A DNA stretch of 61,034 nt, taken from positions 1 to 61,034 of the forward strand of contig JAUVIV010000002.1 of assembly GCA_030592575.1 (NCBI GenBank), given 5' to 3'. Both the position numbers and the translations under genes were made by a program. Under the pieces are notes generated by a model, which saw only the letters and a program-made list of their open reading frames with translations, was not told the origin of the DNA and ran no database searches. Shown piece after piece: positions 46,112-56,340 of this stretch. Each line of letters begins with the position of its first letter. Position 1 is the first letter of the stretch. This DNA is from a bacterium (lineage in GTDB: Bacteria; Hydrothermota; UBA3073; JACQXS01).

Positions 46112-48166
46112 TTAATGAAGGAGAACTTTGCGTGAAAGCTGAACTTTACCTTGTTCATCAATCCCTAATACTTTAACCTGGATTGTTTCTCCAAGTTTTA
46201 CTTCATCTTCCGGAGTTTTCACTCTATAATTGGCAAGTTGTGAAATATGAAGCAAACCATCTTTACCGGGTAAAAGCTCAACTATTACTCCAAAAGGAAA
46301 CATCCGTGTGATTTTTCCAGTATAAACTTTGCCAACTTCAACTTCTTCTATTATACCTTCAATTATTTTCTTAGCAGCTTCAGTTGCTTCCCAGCTATCT
46401 GCACTAATCGTCACTCTACCTTCATCCGAAATCTCTACCTTTGCTCCTGTCTTTTCTGTTATATCTCTTATGACTTTGCCACCAGGACCTATTACCTGAC
46501 CTATTTTGACCTTAGGTACTGTTATAATGCTAAGTTTTGGAGCATAAGTTGAAATTTCTTCCTTTGGCTTAGATATTACAGAATTCATAATTTCAAGGAT
46601 TTTAATTCTTGCTTCTTTTCCAGTCTCAAGTACGCGTTCAATTACATCAAGCTTAAGTCCCTTAGTTTTAATATCAAGCTGAATTACATTTAATCCTTCT
46701 TTAGTACCTGCAAGTTTGAAATCCATATCACCAAGATGGTCTTCTTCGCCAATCATATCTACAAGTATATCGTCCCCAACAAGTCCAATTGACATTCCGG
46801 CAACATGCGATTTTATTGGAATACCTGCATCCATTAAAGCAAGTGAGCCACCGCATACAGTTGCCATTGACGAACTTGCGTTTGAGCTAAGAATATCAGA
46901 AACAAGCCGTATAGTATAAGGGAAATCATCTGCTGAAGGAATTACCGGTTCAAGTGCATGTTCTGCAAGAGAGCCATGTCCTATTTCTCTTCTCCCTGGA
47001 CCCCGAAGGAATCTAACTTCTCCTACAGAAAATGGAGGGAAATTATAATGAAGCATAAAACTTTTATATGATGTACCTGTAAGTTCCTCTATTTTTTGCT
47101 CATCCATTACAGTCCCAAGAGTTACCGTAGATAAAGATTGAGTCTCTCCTCTTGTGAATAAAGATGACCCATGAGTTCTTGGCAACAAACCGACTTCACA
47201 AGATATAGGTCTAATTTCTTCTAATGTACGACCATCCATACGAGATTTATCTTCAAGAATTGATTTTCTCATACTATCTCGTTTTATATTTTCAAATTCT
47301 TTTATTACATCGCCTTTTTCATATTTTCCTTCTTCGGAAGGCTCTCCGGAAAACTCTGCAATAATTTCATCTTTGATTTCATAAAGTTTTTTACGTCTCG
47401 GTAATCGGTCTTTAATTTTAAGTGCAGATTCAATATTAGTCAGGAATTTATTTTCTATAAGTTTTTTTAATTCTTCCAAAGGCTCATCAACTTTCCAATC
47501 CATTGAACCATCAGGAATTTGTTTTTGAAATTCTAGAAGTTTTTGAACCTCAGAGACCCCAAATTTCAAAGCACTAACAATAGTATCTTCCTTAATCTCT
47601 CTGCATTTTGTCTCTATCATAGTTACTCCCTCTTCAGAAGCCACTACTATAAGATTAAGATTGGATTCTTCTCTTTCGCTTGTAGTTGGATTTAATATGA
47701 AATCATCGCCAATTAAGCCAACTCTTACGGCTCCTATTGGACATTGAAATGGAATATCAGAAGCCCTCAATACAAAAGAAGCTCCTAATATTGCCAAAAC
47801 ATCTGCATCATTTTCTCTATCCGAAGATAAAACACTTCCAATTACTTGCACAGGGATGTTCCATTCTTTTGGGAAAAGAGGTCTTATAGAACGGTCTATA
47901 AGTCTTGAAGTTAAAATTTCTTTGCCGGTAGGTCTCCCCTCTCGTTTAAAGAACCCACCTGGTATCATACCAGCGGCATATTTCCGCTCCGAATAATCAC
48001 AAGTTAATGGAAGGAAATCGGGTGGATTTTCAGGTGGATTTTCGTCTCTACAAACCGTAACAAGAACAATTGTATCCCCATATCTGACAGTACACGAAGC
48101 ACCTGCCGAAATCGCTAATTTACCTGTCTCTATAGAGAGGTCTCTTCCACCAAAGTTAATATTCAT
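46112..48166 (-). CDS. pnp: polyribonucleotide nucleotidyltransferase (PNPase)
   Basis: Two RNase PH-like halves plus KH (..VIGPGGKVIRDI..) and S1 (..GKVYTGKITRMFPFGVIVEL..) domains; ATGA overlap with rpsO. Confidence 0.95.
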   Translation of the reverse strand: MNINFGGRDLSIETGKLAISAGASCTVRYGDTIVLVTVCRDENPPENPPDFLPLTCDYSERKYAAGMIPGGFFKREGRPTGKEILTSRLIDRSIRPLFPKEWNIPVQVIGSVLSSDRENDADVLAILGASFVLRASDIPFQCPIGAVRVGLIGDDFILNPTTSEREESNLNLIVVASEEGVTMIETKCREIKEDTIVSALKFGVSEVQKLLEFQKQIPDGSMDWKVDEPLEELKKLIENKFLTNIESALKIKDRLPRRKKLYEIKDEIIAEFSGEPSEEGKYEKGDVIKEFENIKRDSMRKSILEDKSRMDGRTLEEIRPISCEVGLLPRTHGSSLFTRGETQSLSTVTLGTVMDEQKIEELTGTSYKSFMLHYNFPPFSVGEVRFLRGPGRREIGHGSLAEHALEPVIPSADDFPYTIRLVSDILSSNASSSMATVCGGSLALMDAGIPIKSHVAGMSIGLVGDDILVDMIGEEDHLGDMDFKLAGTKEGLNVIQLDIKTKGLKLDVIERVLETGKEARIKILEIMNSVISKPKEEISTYAPKLSIITVPKVKIGQVIGPGGKVIRDITEKTGAKVEISDEGRVTISADSWEATEAAKKIIEGIIEEVEVGKVYTGKITRMFPFGVIVELLPGKDGLLHISQLANYRVKTPEDEVKLGETIQVKVLGIDEQGKVQLSRKVLLH

Positions 48167-48435
48167 TTAAGTCTTCTTATACCAAGAGATTTTATTACCT
48201 GTTCGTATCTACTTGATTCTTTCCTTGAGAGATACTTGAGCAATTTTCTCCTTTTCGCAATCATCATAAGAAGACCTCTCCTTGAGTGTACATCCTTCTT
48301 GTGTGTTGCCAAATGAGCAGCTAAGTTACTTATCCTGCCCGTAAGCAAAGCAATTTGTACATCAGGAGAACCTGTGTCTTTTGAATGAACTCCATACTTT
48401 GTTAGAACTTCTTGCTTTTTCTCTTTCGTTATCAT
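48163..48435 (-). CDS. rpsO: 30S ribosomal protein S15
   Basis: MITKEKKQEVLTKYG..DTGSPDVQIALLT..HLATHKKDVHSRRGLL; ATG at 48435 preferred over TTG at 48453. Confidence 0.9.
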   Translation of the reverse strand: MITKEKKQEVLTKYGVHSKDTGSPDVQIALLTGRISNLAAHLATHKKDVHSRRGLLMMIAKRRKLLKYLSRKESSRYEQVIKSLGIRRLK

Positions 48436-48459
48436 TTTCTCAAACGTAATCAACTTTAA

Positions 48460-50091
48460 TCACTTGTCAAGTTTTTTTAAAATTGTATCTCTTTTTTTAT
48501 ACTGTAATTCGTCTTTTTCCGGATAATTGAGATTGAAATGAAGACCTCTTGACTCTTTGCGTATGAGTGCACATTCTATCACGAGTGAAGCAACAGTTAC
48601 TACGTTTCGTAACTCAATTAATTGAAAAGTAGCAATAGCCTGTCGTAGAGGCGATTTATAAGCTATTTCTATGTATTTATGATAAAGCTCTTCTATTTCA
48701 GATTTATATTTTGAAATTTTATTTTTTGCTTCTTGCAATTCCTTATTATTTCTTACTATTCCGACTTGTTCCCACATTAAATTTTTAATTTGCAATAAAT
48801 AATCTGAAATTACTTTTTCTTCAAGATGATTAGAAGATTTATCTGTTAATTTACTGTTTGTAGATTGCATACTATTTTCTAAATCTTCAATCTTTAATTT
48901 TTCAATTTTGGAATCCTTGACCATTGATTTATCTACCCTATGAGCAAAAACAACAGACTCTAAAAGCGAATTTGAGGCGAGTCTATTTGCACCATGAACT
49001 CCTGTGCAAACTGCTTCACCAGTCGCATAAAGACCTGGTATATTAGTTTTTCCTTTCATATCTACAACGATACCACCACACACATAATGGGCTGCAGGAA
49101 CAACTGGAATTGGCTCTTTCGTCGGATCTACCCCCAAATCACAACAATGTTTATAAATATTTGGAAATTTGTCTATTATTTTACGAGCTCCAAAACCGGT
49201 AATATCAAGTAAAACATAGTCATCTCCTTTTTCCTTGAGTTCCGAATGGACGGCTCTTGCGACTATATCTCTCGGAGCTAATTCTTTTCTGGAATCATAT
49301 TTCTCCATAAAGGCACAACCGTCTTTGGTTTTTAATATTCCTCCCTCTCCCCTCAAAGCTTCTGATAAAAGAAATGCACGACCATTAATTTTCTTGCCGT
49401 AAAATGAAGTCGGATGAAATTGAATGAATTCCATATTTGCAACAGGTACTCCTGCTCTATAAGCCATTGCTATACCATCACCAGTCGCAATACCAGGATT
49501 GGTTGTATGCAAATAGATACTCCCTATTCCGCCGGTCGCAATGATAACAGATTTTGCAAGAAAGGGAAAAAATTCATTCCTATTGGTATCAAAACCCCAC
49601 ACCCCTATACACTTACCGTCTTCTATAATTAAATCTATTGCAAGACAATGTTCAAGTAAATCAATTCCATTTTTATGAACTTCTTTAATCAATACTGTTT
49701 CAATTGCTTCTCCTGTACGGTCTTTTGTATGGATAATTCTTCTCGCTGAATGCCCTCCTTCTTTTCCAAGGTCAAATTCAGATTTATGAGATTTTGTAAA
49801 TTCAACACCCATTTCGCTGAGTTTAGCAATTCTATGAGAGGCATCGGTAGCCATTATCTTCACAGCATCAGGATTACAAAGCCCTTCACCTGCAAGTAAT
49901 GTATCTTTTATATGAGATTCTATGGAGTCAGATGGAGATATAGCGGCAGCTATTCCTCCCTGAGCGTAATTTGTATTTGTTTCGTTGCTTTCTTTTTTTG
50001 TAATAACAGTTACTCGCCCATAAGCTCTAGCATCAAGAGCAAATGTAAGCCCTGCAATTCCACTTCCTATAACTAAAAAGTCGGTCTGCAT
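48460..50091 (-). CDS. nadB: L-aspartate oxidase
   Basis: FAD motif DFLVIGSGIAGL; succinate dehydrogenase/fumarate reductase flavoprotein-like core (..QFHPT.., ..GANRLASNSLLE..). Confidence 0.9.
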   Translation of the reverse strand: MQTDFLVIGSGIAGLTFALDARAYGRVTVITKKESNETNTNYAQGGIAAAISPSDSIESHIKDTLLAGEGLCNPDAVKIMATDASHRIAKLSEMGVEFTKSHKSEFDLGKEGGHSARRIIHTKDRTGEAIETVLIKEVHKNGIDLLEHCLAIDLIIEDGKCIGVWGFDTNRNEFFPFLAKSVIIATGGIGSIYLHTTNPGIATGDGIAMAYRAGVPVANMEFIQFHPTSFYGKKINGRAFLLSEALRGEGGILKTKDGCAFMEKYDSRKELAPRDIVARAVHSELKEKGDDYVLLDITGFGARKIIDKFPNIYKHCCDLGVDPTKEPIPVVPAAHYVCGGIVVDMKGKTNIPGLYATGEAVCTGVHGANRLASNSLLESVVFAHRVDKSMVKDSKIEKLKIEDLENSMQSTNSKLTDKSSNHLEEKVISDYLLQIKNLMWEQVGIVRNNKELQEAKNKISKYKSEIEELYHKYIEIAYKSPLRQAIATFQLIELRNVVTVASLVIECALIRKESRGLHFNLNYPEKDELQYKKRDTILKKLDK

Positions 50092-50114
50092 ATTACTTCA
50101 TTCTTCGTTATTTC

Positions 50115-51476
50115 TTAATCGGAACTTTTGAATGACTTTAATTTATCCACAAAGTAATCAAGTTCTTCACGAGTGCGTTTTTCTGTTACTGCTATTAAAA
50201 GTTCATTGGTTTGTTCTTTGTAAAACTTACTTATTGGAACTCCTGCAAAAATATGTTCTTTAATTAAACTTTGAACAATTTGAGATGCCTCTATCGGTGT
50301 ATGAATAAGAAACTCATTAAAAAATGGGGTCTGATAAGACAAGTCAAATCCCGGTATTTCGGAAATTCTTTTAGCAAGATAATGTGCCTTCTCATAACAA
50401 AGTTCACTAACTTCACGAATTCCTTGAGCTCCCATTATGGTAAGATATACGCAAGTAGCAATGCTACACAGTCCTTCATTCGTGCATATATTTGATGTTG
50501 CACGTTCTCTTCTTATATGTTGCTCACGTGTTTGAAGTGTCATAACAAAACTTCTTTTACCTTCTATGTCCTTTGTTTGTCCAATTATTCTTCCCGGCAT
50601 CCTACGAATCCATTCTCGACGTGTAGCAAAAATTCCAAGTCCGGGTCCTCCAAAAGATTGAGGTATTCCAAGAGACTGCCCTTCAGCTACAACAATATCT
50701 GCACCCAAGTGCTGGTTAGCACCCCAGTCACCCGGTGGGGCAAGCATTCCAAGAGAAGCTGGAAGTGGAATTCCTATATAAAGTGCATTATTCTTATGGA
50801 TTAAAGCCCCAAGTTCTTCAACTTGCTCAAGCACTCCAAAGAAATTAGGATGCTGAACTACAACACAAGACACATCGCCTTTTTGCAATATATCCTTAAG
50901 AGCATTTATATCCGTACACCCATTTTGCAAGGGCACGATGCATAGTGCTTCTACTCCAAGATAAGTCTCAAGACATTGTATATACGACGGATTAACTCCC
51001 TCGGATATTAAAATTTTTCCCTTTTTTATGAAGCGTGCCATATAGCAAGCCTCGGCAAGTGCCGATGCTCCATCATACATTGATGCATTTGCAACTTCCA
51101 TTCCCGTAAGCTCGCAAATCATTGACTGGTATTCATAAATTGTCTGAAGTGTTCCTTGAGACGCCTCAGCTTGATAAGGAGTGTAGGCAGTGTAAAACTC
51201 CGGTCTTCTTATCACATAATCAACTGCCTGAGGAATATAATGGTCATACGAACCAGCCCCAAGAAATGAAATAGCTTTATTCGTACTTATATTACTATCT
51301 GATAATCCCTGCATCAGCTTTTTGATTTCAAGTTCTGATAAAGCCGACGGCAACTCAAGAGATGTTTTAAGTCTTAAATGTTCCGGAATTGGAGAAAGAA
51401 GAGCATCAAAATTTTTGACTCCAATTCGCTGGAGCATCTCGTTCCGTTCTTCAACTGTATTAGGTATAAATCTCAT
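50115..51476 (-). CDS. gcvPA: glycine dehydrogenase (decarboxylating) subunit 1
   Basis: ..FLGAGSYDHYIP..; ..YTPYQAEASQGTLQ..; ~453 aa, typical of a split P-protein alpha subunit. Confidence 0.9.
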   Translation of the reverse strand: MRFIPNTVEERNEMLQRIGVKNFDALLSPIPEHLRLKTSLELPSALSELEIKKLMQGLSDSNISTNKAISFLGAGSYDHYIPQAVDYVIRRPEFYTAYTPYQAEASQGTLQTIYEYQSMICELTGMEVANASMYDGASALAEACYMARFIKKGKILISEGVNPSYIQCLETYLGVEALCIVPLQNGCTDINALKDILQKGDVSCVVVQHPNFFGVLEQVEELGALIHKNNALYIGIPLPASLGMLAPPGDWGANQHLGADIVVAEGQSLGIPQSFGGPGLGIFATRREWIRRMPGRIIGQTKDIEGKRSFVMTLQTREQHIRRERATSNICTNEGLCSIATCVYLTIMGAQGIREVSELCYEKAHYLAKRISEIPGFDLSYQTPFFNEFLIHTPIEASQIVQSLIKEHIFAGVPISKFYKEQTNELLIAVTEKRTREELDYFVDKLKSFKSSD

Positions 51477-51500
51477 TTTTACCTCACTTTACTTCACACT

Positions 51501-51555
51501 GGGTAGATGAAAGCCTCTGCTCTCATCTGGTTGAAGCGAGGGCTTCAACCTACCC
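51501..51555 (+). repeat. family-A double-hairpin REP-like element
   Basis: GGGTAGATGAAAGC-ctct-GCTCTCATC-TGGTTGAAGC-gag-GGCTTCAACCTACCC. Confidence 0.7.
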
Positions 51556-51573
51556 GTTTTTTGTTCACTTTTT

Positions 51574-51628
51574 CTTCTACCGCACTTTAGTGCAGGGTAG
51601 AAAACCCTTAGCTAAAGCTGGGTAGAAG
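51574..51628 (+). repeat. family-B REP-like element
   Basis: CTTCTACC-GCACTTTAGTGC-AGGGTAGAAAACCCTTAGCTAAAGCTGGGTAGAAG. Confidence 0.7.
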
Positions 51629-51692
51629 TTTCTCAGGAATGCCCCCGAGTCATTCATAGAATTCCTTAACCCGTTCATAAAACTCCACAAGT

Positions 51693-51788
51693 GTCATGCT
51701 GAATTTATTTCAGCATCTCTTAAAAATCTTCTTCTTTTGAGAACCTGTCCTGAATTTATTTCAGGATTCCGAAACAAGTTCGGAATGA
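51693..51788. repeat. cluster of three small hairpin repeats (ATGCTGAA-TTTATTT-CAGCAT; CCTGAA-TTTATTT-CAGG; TTCCGAA-ACAAG-TTCGGAA)
   Basis: Hairpins read directly from the sequence; a related ..TCATGCTAAATAAAATAAAGCATC.. occurs at ~59436. Confidence 0.5.
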
Positions 51789-51899
51789 CATTTTTTTTAC
51801 GAAACTTCTCAAATCATTCATTCTTTTTTCATCGTATATTGTACCTCGTAGCGAACCTTCATTTGCCGAGTATTTTTTTAACCTCGGACGCTACTATCC

Positions 51900-52784
51900 T
51901 CATTCATTCCTTTGCTTGAACTCATCGAACCATTCATAAATTTCTTTATCTCGGATATCTCTTTCTCTGCTTAAGTTCAAATTAATAAAAATAGAAGCAA
52001 TAGCTACAATAAATCCGATAATACCAACCCAAAATCCCCATTTAGAAAATTTCCCTAATTTGCTTGCTTTTTTTAATTCTTTATTTACTGGATTAATAAT
52101 TTCTCTTCTAATAGAATCCATACTTTTCTCAATAGATTCAACATCTTTTAATCGTACACGTAAATCATTTATAATATTCAAGATCGGATTCAAGATATTT
52201 GGGGCAAGCATCGTACGTAGTTTTTCTATTTCTTTAGTAAGTGAATTTAGTAGTGCCTTTAGTCTTGTTGAGAAAGGCATTCCATCCTTTATTTCTACTT
52301 CTTGATCCTCAGTTAATAATGTTATTTTGTTAATGCAATCAACATCTAAAGGTGGTGGTAGAGAATCGTATGCTTCTATTTGGACAATATGAAAAAACTT
52401 GTTAGCTGAATTCTGTAAGGCATGAACACGGATAAATCTTGCTGAAATTTTATGTGGAAATTTGAACTCCTGCCAACCATTAAAACCGGAATCTCCTGTG
52501 TCGTAGTGTACAATCCAATTCTTATGATCAATAGATGTAAGAAGTCTGTATTTGTATCTTCTTAAAGCTCGTTGTGTTCTTCCACCTCCAAGATTGTCCC
52601 ATAAAAGAAAACGTATTGTATGTAAATCATAAGATTTTTCTAAATCAACTGTCAATGTAGATGGCCATTCCGTACAGGCAAATCCGGTTTTATTGTCATC
52701 ATATTTAGTTACATTTCCATCAGTTGCCTCTCCCTTATTAGTCCACTTTTCCTCAATTTGCTTATGTAATGCAATGTTTGCCAT
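51900..52784 (-). CDS. hypothetical F5/8 type C (discoidin)-like domain protein with coiled coil and C-terminal TM anchor
   Basis: No signal peptide; N-terminal ~150 aa resemble a discoidin/galactose-binding-like fold (..HTIRFLLWD..ARFIRVHALQNS..IVQIEAY); TM WGFWVGIIGFIVAIASIFINL near the C-terminus. Confidence 0.5.
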   Translation of the reverse strand: MANIALHKQIEEKWTNKGEATDGNVTKYDDNKTGFACTEWPSTLTVDLEKSYDLHTIRFLLWDNLGGGRTQRALRRYKYRLLTSIDHKNWIVHYDTGDSGFNGWQEFKFPHKISARFIRVHALQNSANKFFHIVQIEAYDSLPPPLDVDCINKITLLTEDQEVEIKDGMPFSTRLKALLNSLTKEIEKLRTMLAPNILNPILNIINDLRVRLKDVESIEKSMDSIRREIINPVNKELKKASKLGKFSKWGFWVGIIGFIVAIASIFINLNLSRERDIRDKEIYEWFDEFKQRNE

Positions 52785-52823
52785 TTTTATCTTATTTTAT
52801 CATCTCACAAAAAACACAACTCT

Positions 52824-52838
52824 GCAGGTCTCCCCTAC
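52824..52838 (+). repeat. remnant of a family-C element 3' half (GCAGGTCTCCCCTAC)
   Basis: Matches CAGGTCTGCCCCCTAC of 57567..57630; overlaps the gcvH stop codon. Confidence 0.35.
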
Positions 52839-53218
52839 TCCTGAGTTACAAGCTTCTCGTATTCTTTATCTGTCAAGAGTGTTTTCAACTCTTCAAGGTT
52901 TGACATTTCTATCCTTATCATCCAGCCCTCTCCATACGGCTCGTTATTCACGGTTTCAGGTACAGTAGAAAGCTTTGCGTTTACTTCTACTATTTTACCG
53001 GTTACAGGTGCATAAATATCGGTAACTGCTTTAACTGCTTCTATGGTTCCAAAAGGGCTTCCTTTTTCAACAAGCGAGCCCACCGGAGAAAGCTCAACAA
53101 AGACAACATCAGATAGCTCTGACTGTGCGTAATCACTTATTCCACAGGTTATAATATTATCTTCTACTCTCACCCATTCGTGAGTTTTTGCATACTTTAA
53201 ATCCTCTAATATTTTCAT
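52835..53218 (-). CDS. gcvH: glycine cleavage system protein H
   Basis: ..THEWVRVE..; lipoyl-lysine motif IEAVKAVTDIYAP; ~127 aa. Confidence 0.9.
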   Translation of the reverse strand: MKILEDLKYAKTHEWVRVEDNIITCGISDYAQSELSDVVFVELSPVGSLVEKGSPFGTIEAVKAVTDIYAPVTGKIVEVNAKLSTVPETVNNEPYGEGWMIRIEMSNLEELKTLLTDKEYEKLVTQE

Positions 53219-53353
53219 ATTTCCCTCCTAATTTCCGATATGGTATATTTACGCTTTTATTATGTCAAGAGTAATTTTTCTTGGAGTCTCTTTTTTTCAG
53301 ATAGCACTATTTAAAATCAGCTTTTAGCGTGTTCTCGTATTTCATCATAGTCC

Positions 53354-55075
53354 TTACTTAAGCAGGATGATTTTCTTAGTTTTGCTTCTCTTGCCAATTT
53401 CAAACTTACAAAAATAAATTCCATTTGCTAACTCTTTGGTATTCAGTTGCACTTCATGCTTTCCTTCGTTTCTTACACCTTCATCAATCGTTTTAACAAT
53501 TCTTCCGATAACATCATAGAGCTTAATAGATACACTTGTTCTATCAGGTAATTCGTATGAGATTAAAACATTCTCTCGTATCGGAGTAGGCAAATAATCA
53601 ATTTCAAATGTTAGTTTATTCTGCTCCTCTACCTCCCAAGTATGAGAATAGACAATTCTTATGCAGAAATCAAAATAAGTACCATAAAGCTCATTGGTAG
53701 TATTCCAAGTTACCATAGAGTTAGTACCATAAGAGCGGTTATCTATTGGAAGGTTACTATCCAACCCTATTCCCGGACCAATTAAACCTTCTGTGAATTT
53801 TGCTACAACCCAGAAATTACTATCTGTAGTCATACAAGATGACGCAGAGTCTCCTTTTATAGTTACCCATTCTGATGATGAAGTTGCAGAAACATTTGAA
53901 ATCTTGAATTTTTGGTCGCTAAGGTTAGGTTCCGTTGCACTACCTCCGAAAACACCAACCCACTCAAGAGGAATATCTTTAATACCTATCAATAATTTTA
54001 CTTTCTTTATATAAAATGGTGAACTCAAGTATGGAGTGAATCTAACAGCCATACAATCTTTATCGTTATTTGGATTCTGAATTGCTCCGTTAGGACATTC
54101 TGCTTTGCCATCATCATATACAATCTCTCCGTTTTCATAACTGTGTGAAATCTGTGATAAAGTATCATTGGCAGGAACCTCATCCCCGACGAGAAATGTA
54201 ACAAAAATAATAACATAACTTTCATTATAAAGAAGAGGAGTCCAATTAGCAAATGTAAGAGATTGTGTAGTACTTGAATCTAAATCGGCAACTGTTTGAG
54301 AATCCACATAAACAGGATTGCCAAGATGGTTTGTTATAGTGCATTTTACTTTAAATGTTTCAGTATTAAGCCCTATATTTTTTGCCGTAGCTTTTATTTG
54401 ATAAGATGTGTCCACCCATACTTCTATTTCCGGACTTTCTATTGAAGATATACAAACATCGTGGCTAACTGGAATCCAACTAACATACACGGACTTTGCA
54501 AATTCGCCATCTGTGTAAAATACCCAATTACTTAGTGTATCATAAAAACTATGTTCTTGAGAAGCATTATCTGATACACAAAAAGGACTTCCTGATGAAG
54601 TATCTCCAGGCAATATAGAAAGCCAGAAATTCCCCGAATCAATTTTTACCGAATCAGCTCCGAGATTATGTATTGTTTCAACAGGGAGATTTTGAGCAGT
54701 TAGATTTTCGGACTCATAGAGAATAGAGTCTCCGCTATTGTTATAGATTCTGAATTTAAACTGGTTTGTAACCCATGCTCCACTATTATAAAATATATTT
54801 TTTACTTTTTTAATCCAAAAAGGATACTGTATTTGCGGGAAGTCGGAGATTTGAAAAAAAGTTGCTCTTTCCGGATCTGTCGAAAAGTAAGCTGGAGTTC
54901 CGTTATAATAAATTAACCAATCTTTAGTTTTCTTGTTTTTTGAAGTAACTGAGCTATGGGCATCTGTCCCTATCCAATTTGCTTTTATTATTTTATTTTT
55001 CGTTTTGCCTGTATAGTCAGCAAAACAATAAATTGCAATTACCATACTCATAACAAAAAATATAATTCTTCTCAT
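53354..55075 (-). CDS. hypothetical secreted protein with T9SS C-terminal sorting domain
   Basis: Signal peptide; C-terminus ..VSIKLYDVIGRIV..GKHEVQLNTKELANGIYFCKFEIGKRSKTKKIILLK. Confidence 0.6.
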   Translation of the reverse strand: MRRIIFFVMSMVIAIYCFADYTGKTKNKIIKANWIGTDAHSSVTSKNKKTKDWLIYYNGTPAYFSTDPERATFFQISDFPQIQYPFWIKKVKNIFYNSGAWVTNQFKFRIYNNSGDSILYESENLTAQNLPVETIHNLGADSVKIDSGNFWLSILPGDTSSGSPFCVSDNASQEHSFYDTLSNWVFYTDGEFAKSVYVSWIPVSHDVCISSIESPEIEVWVDTSYQIKATAKNIGLNTETFKVKCTITNHLGNPVYVDSQTVADLDSSTTQSLTFANWTPLLYNESYVIIFVTFLVGDEVPANDTLSQISHSYENGEIVYDDGKAECPNGAIQNPNNDKDCMAVRFTPYLSSPFYIKKVKLLIGIKDIPLEWVGVFGGSATEPNLSDQKFKISNVSATSSSEWVTIKGDSASSCMTTDSNFWVVAKFTEGLIGPGIGLDSNLPIDNRSYGTNSMVTWNTTNELYGTYFDFCIRIVYSHTWEVEEQNKLTFEIDYLPTPIRENVLISYELPDRTSVSIKLYDVIGRIVKTIDEGVRNEGKHEVQLNTKELANGIYFCKFEIGKRSKTKKIILLK

Positions 55076-55208
55076 TTTTCTCCTGTTTTTATTGAAATCC
55101 TAATTACATTAAATATAATCCTCAAAATACTCTTTGGCAAGTTTTAAAAAACTTAGGAAGTAATTTTTCTTGACGAGAATATATTTTGATATTAAGATAG
55201 AAAAGCTT

Positions 55209-56270
55209 ATGAATGAAGAAATAACCACCAAACTTCAAAAGCTTAAAGAAAGAGCTGATGAAGTAGGTAAATTGCTTTCTTCTCCCCAAAACATAAAGGA
55301 TAAAAAGAAATTCGTTTCCTTATCTCAAGAATATAGTGAGCTTCAAAAAACTGTTGGATTATGGGATAGATACCAAGACGTTCTTCGAAGTATCAAAGAA
55401 GATGAATATATATTAGAATCAAAAGATGAGGAGCTCAAAAGCATTGCGGAAGAAGAGCTTCAGGAATTTACCGTAAAGAAAGAGCAATTAGAAAAAGATA
55501 TTTTAGAATGCTTAATCGTCAAAGACCCGAATGACAATCGTAATATAATAATGGAAATAAGACAAAGTGCCGGTGGAGATGAGGCATCTCTTTTTGCGAA
55601 CGACCTCTTCAGGATGTATTCAAAATACGCAGAACGAAAAGGATGGAAGATTGAGATTTTATCTTCTCATATTACTTCAGTCGGAGGATTTAAGGAAATT
55701 ATATACTTTTTGAAAGGGAAAAATGTCTATAAAGATTTGAAATACGAGAGCGGTGTTCATAGAGTCCAGAGAGTTCCTACCACAGAATCTGCAGGAAGAA
55801 TTCATACATCAACGATTACCGTATGTGTACTTCCGGAAGCTTCACAAGTAGATATAACAGTTGACCCAAAAGATATAAAATTGGAAACTTTTAGATCCGG
55901 AGGAGCTGGAGGTCAAAATGTAAATAAAGTATCAACAGCCGTCAGACTTATTCACACTCCCACAGGTACAACTGTCGTTTGTCAGGATGAGCGTTCTCAA
56001 TTTCAAAATCGGGAACGTGCAATGCGTATCTTGCTTGCAAGGCTTTATAAGGATAGACAAGAAAAACATGATGCTAAAATTCGAGATTCTCGAAAAAAAC
56101 AAGTAGGAGAAGGTGATAGGTCTGAAAAAATAAGAACTTATAATTATCCGCAAAAAAGAATAACCGACCATCGAATAAATCTTACACTCTACAGACTTGA
56201 CTCCATCCTCAATGGAGAGATTGATGAGATAATATCAAAACTTAAAGAATCTCAAAAACTTGACATATAA
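55209..56270 (+). CDS. prfA: peptide chain release factor 1
   Basis: ..[17 protein letters not shown].. (PxT region); GGQ motif [12 protein letters not shown]; ATG at 55209 preferred over TTG at 55170. Confidence 0.9.
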   Translation: MNEEITTKLQKLKERADEVGKLLSSPQNIKDKKKFVSLSQEYSELQKTVGLWDRYQDVLRSIKEDEYILESKDEELKSIAEEELQEFTVKKEQLEKDILECLIVKDPNDNRNIIMEIRQSAGGDEASLFANDLFRMYSKYAERKGWKIEILSSHITSVGGFKEIIYFLKGKNVYKDLKYESGVHRVQRVPTTESAGRIHTSTITVCVLPEASQVDITVDPKDIKLETFRSGGAGGQNVNKVSTAVRLIHTPTGTTVVCQDERSQFQNRERAMRILLARLYKDRQEKHDAKIRDSRKKQVGEGDRSEKIRTYNYPQKRITDHRINLTLYRLDSILNGEIDEIISKLKESQKLDI

Positions 56271-56340
56271 TTAAAATTTATCTAATACAAATTTTAAAAC
56301 ATTGAGTATGTGATAGCCCTCTTTTGCACTTCTTATAAAT

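Noticed and set aside
53219-53353. Glycine riboswitch upstream of gcvH
   Set aside because: The 135-nt leader lacks the conserved GGAGAG..CACCG..CTCTGG..ACCG cores and is too short for tandem aptamers.
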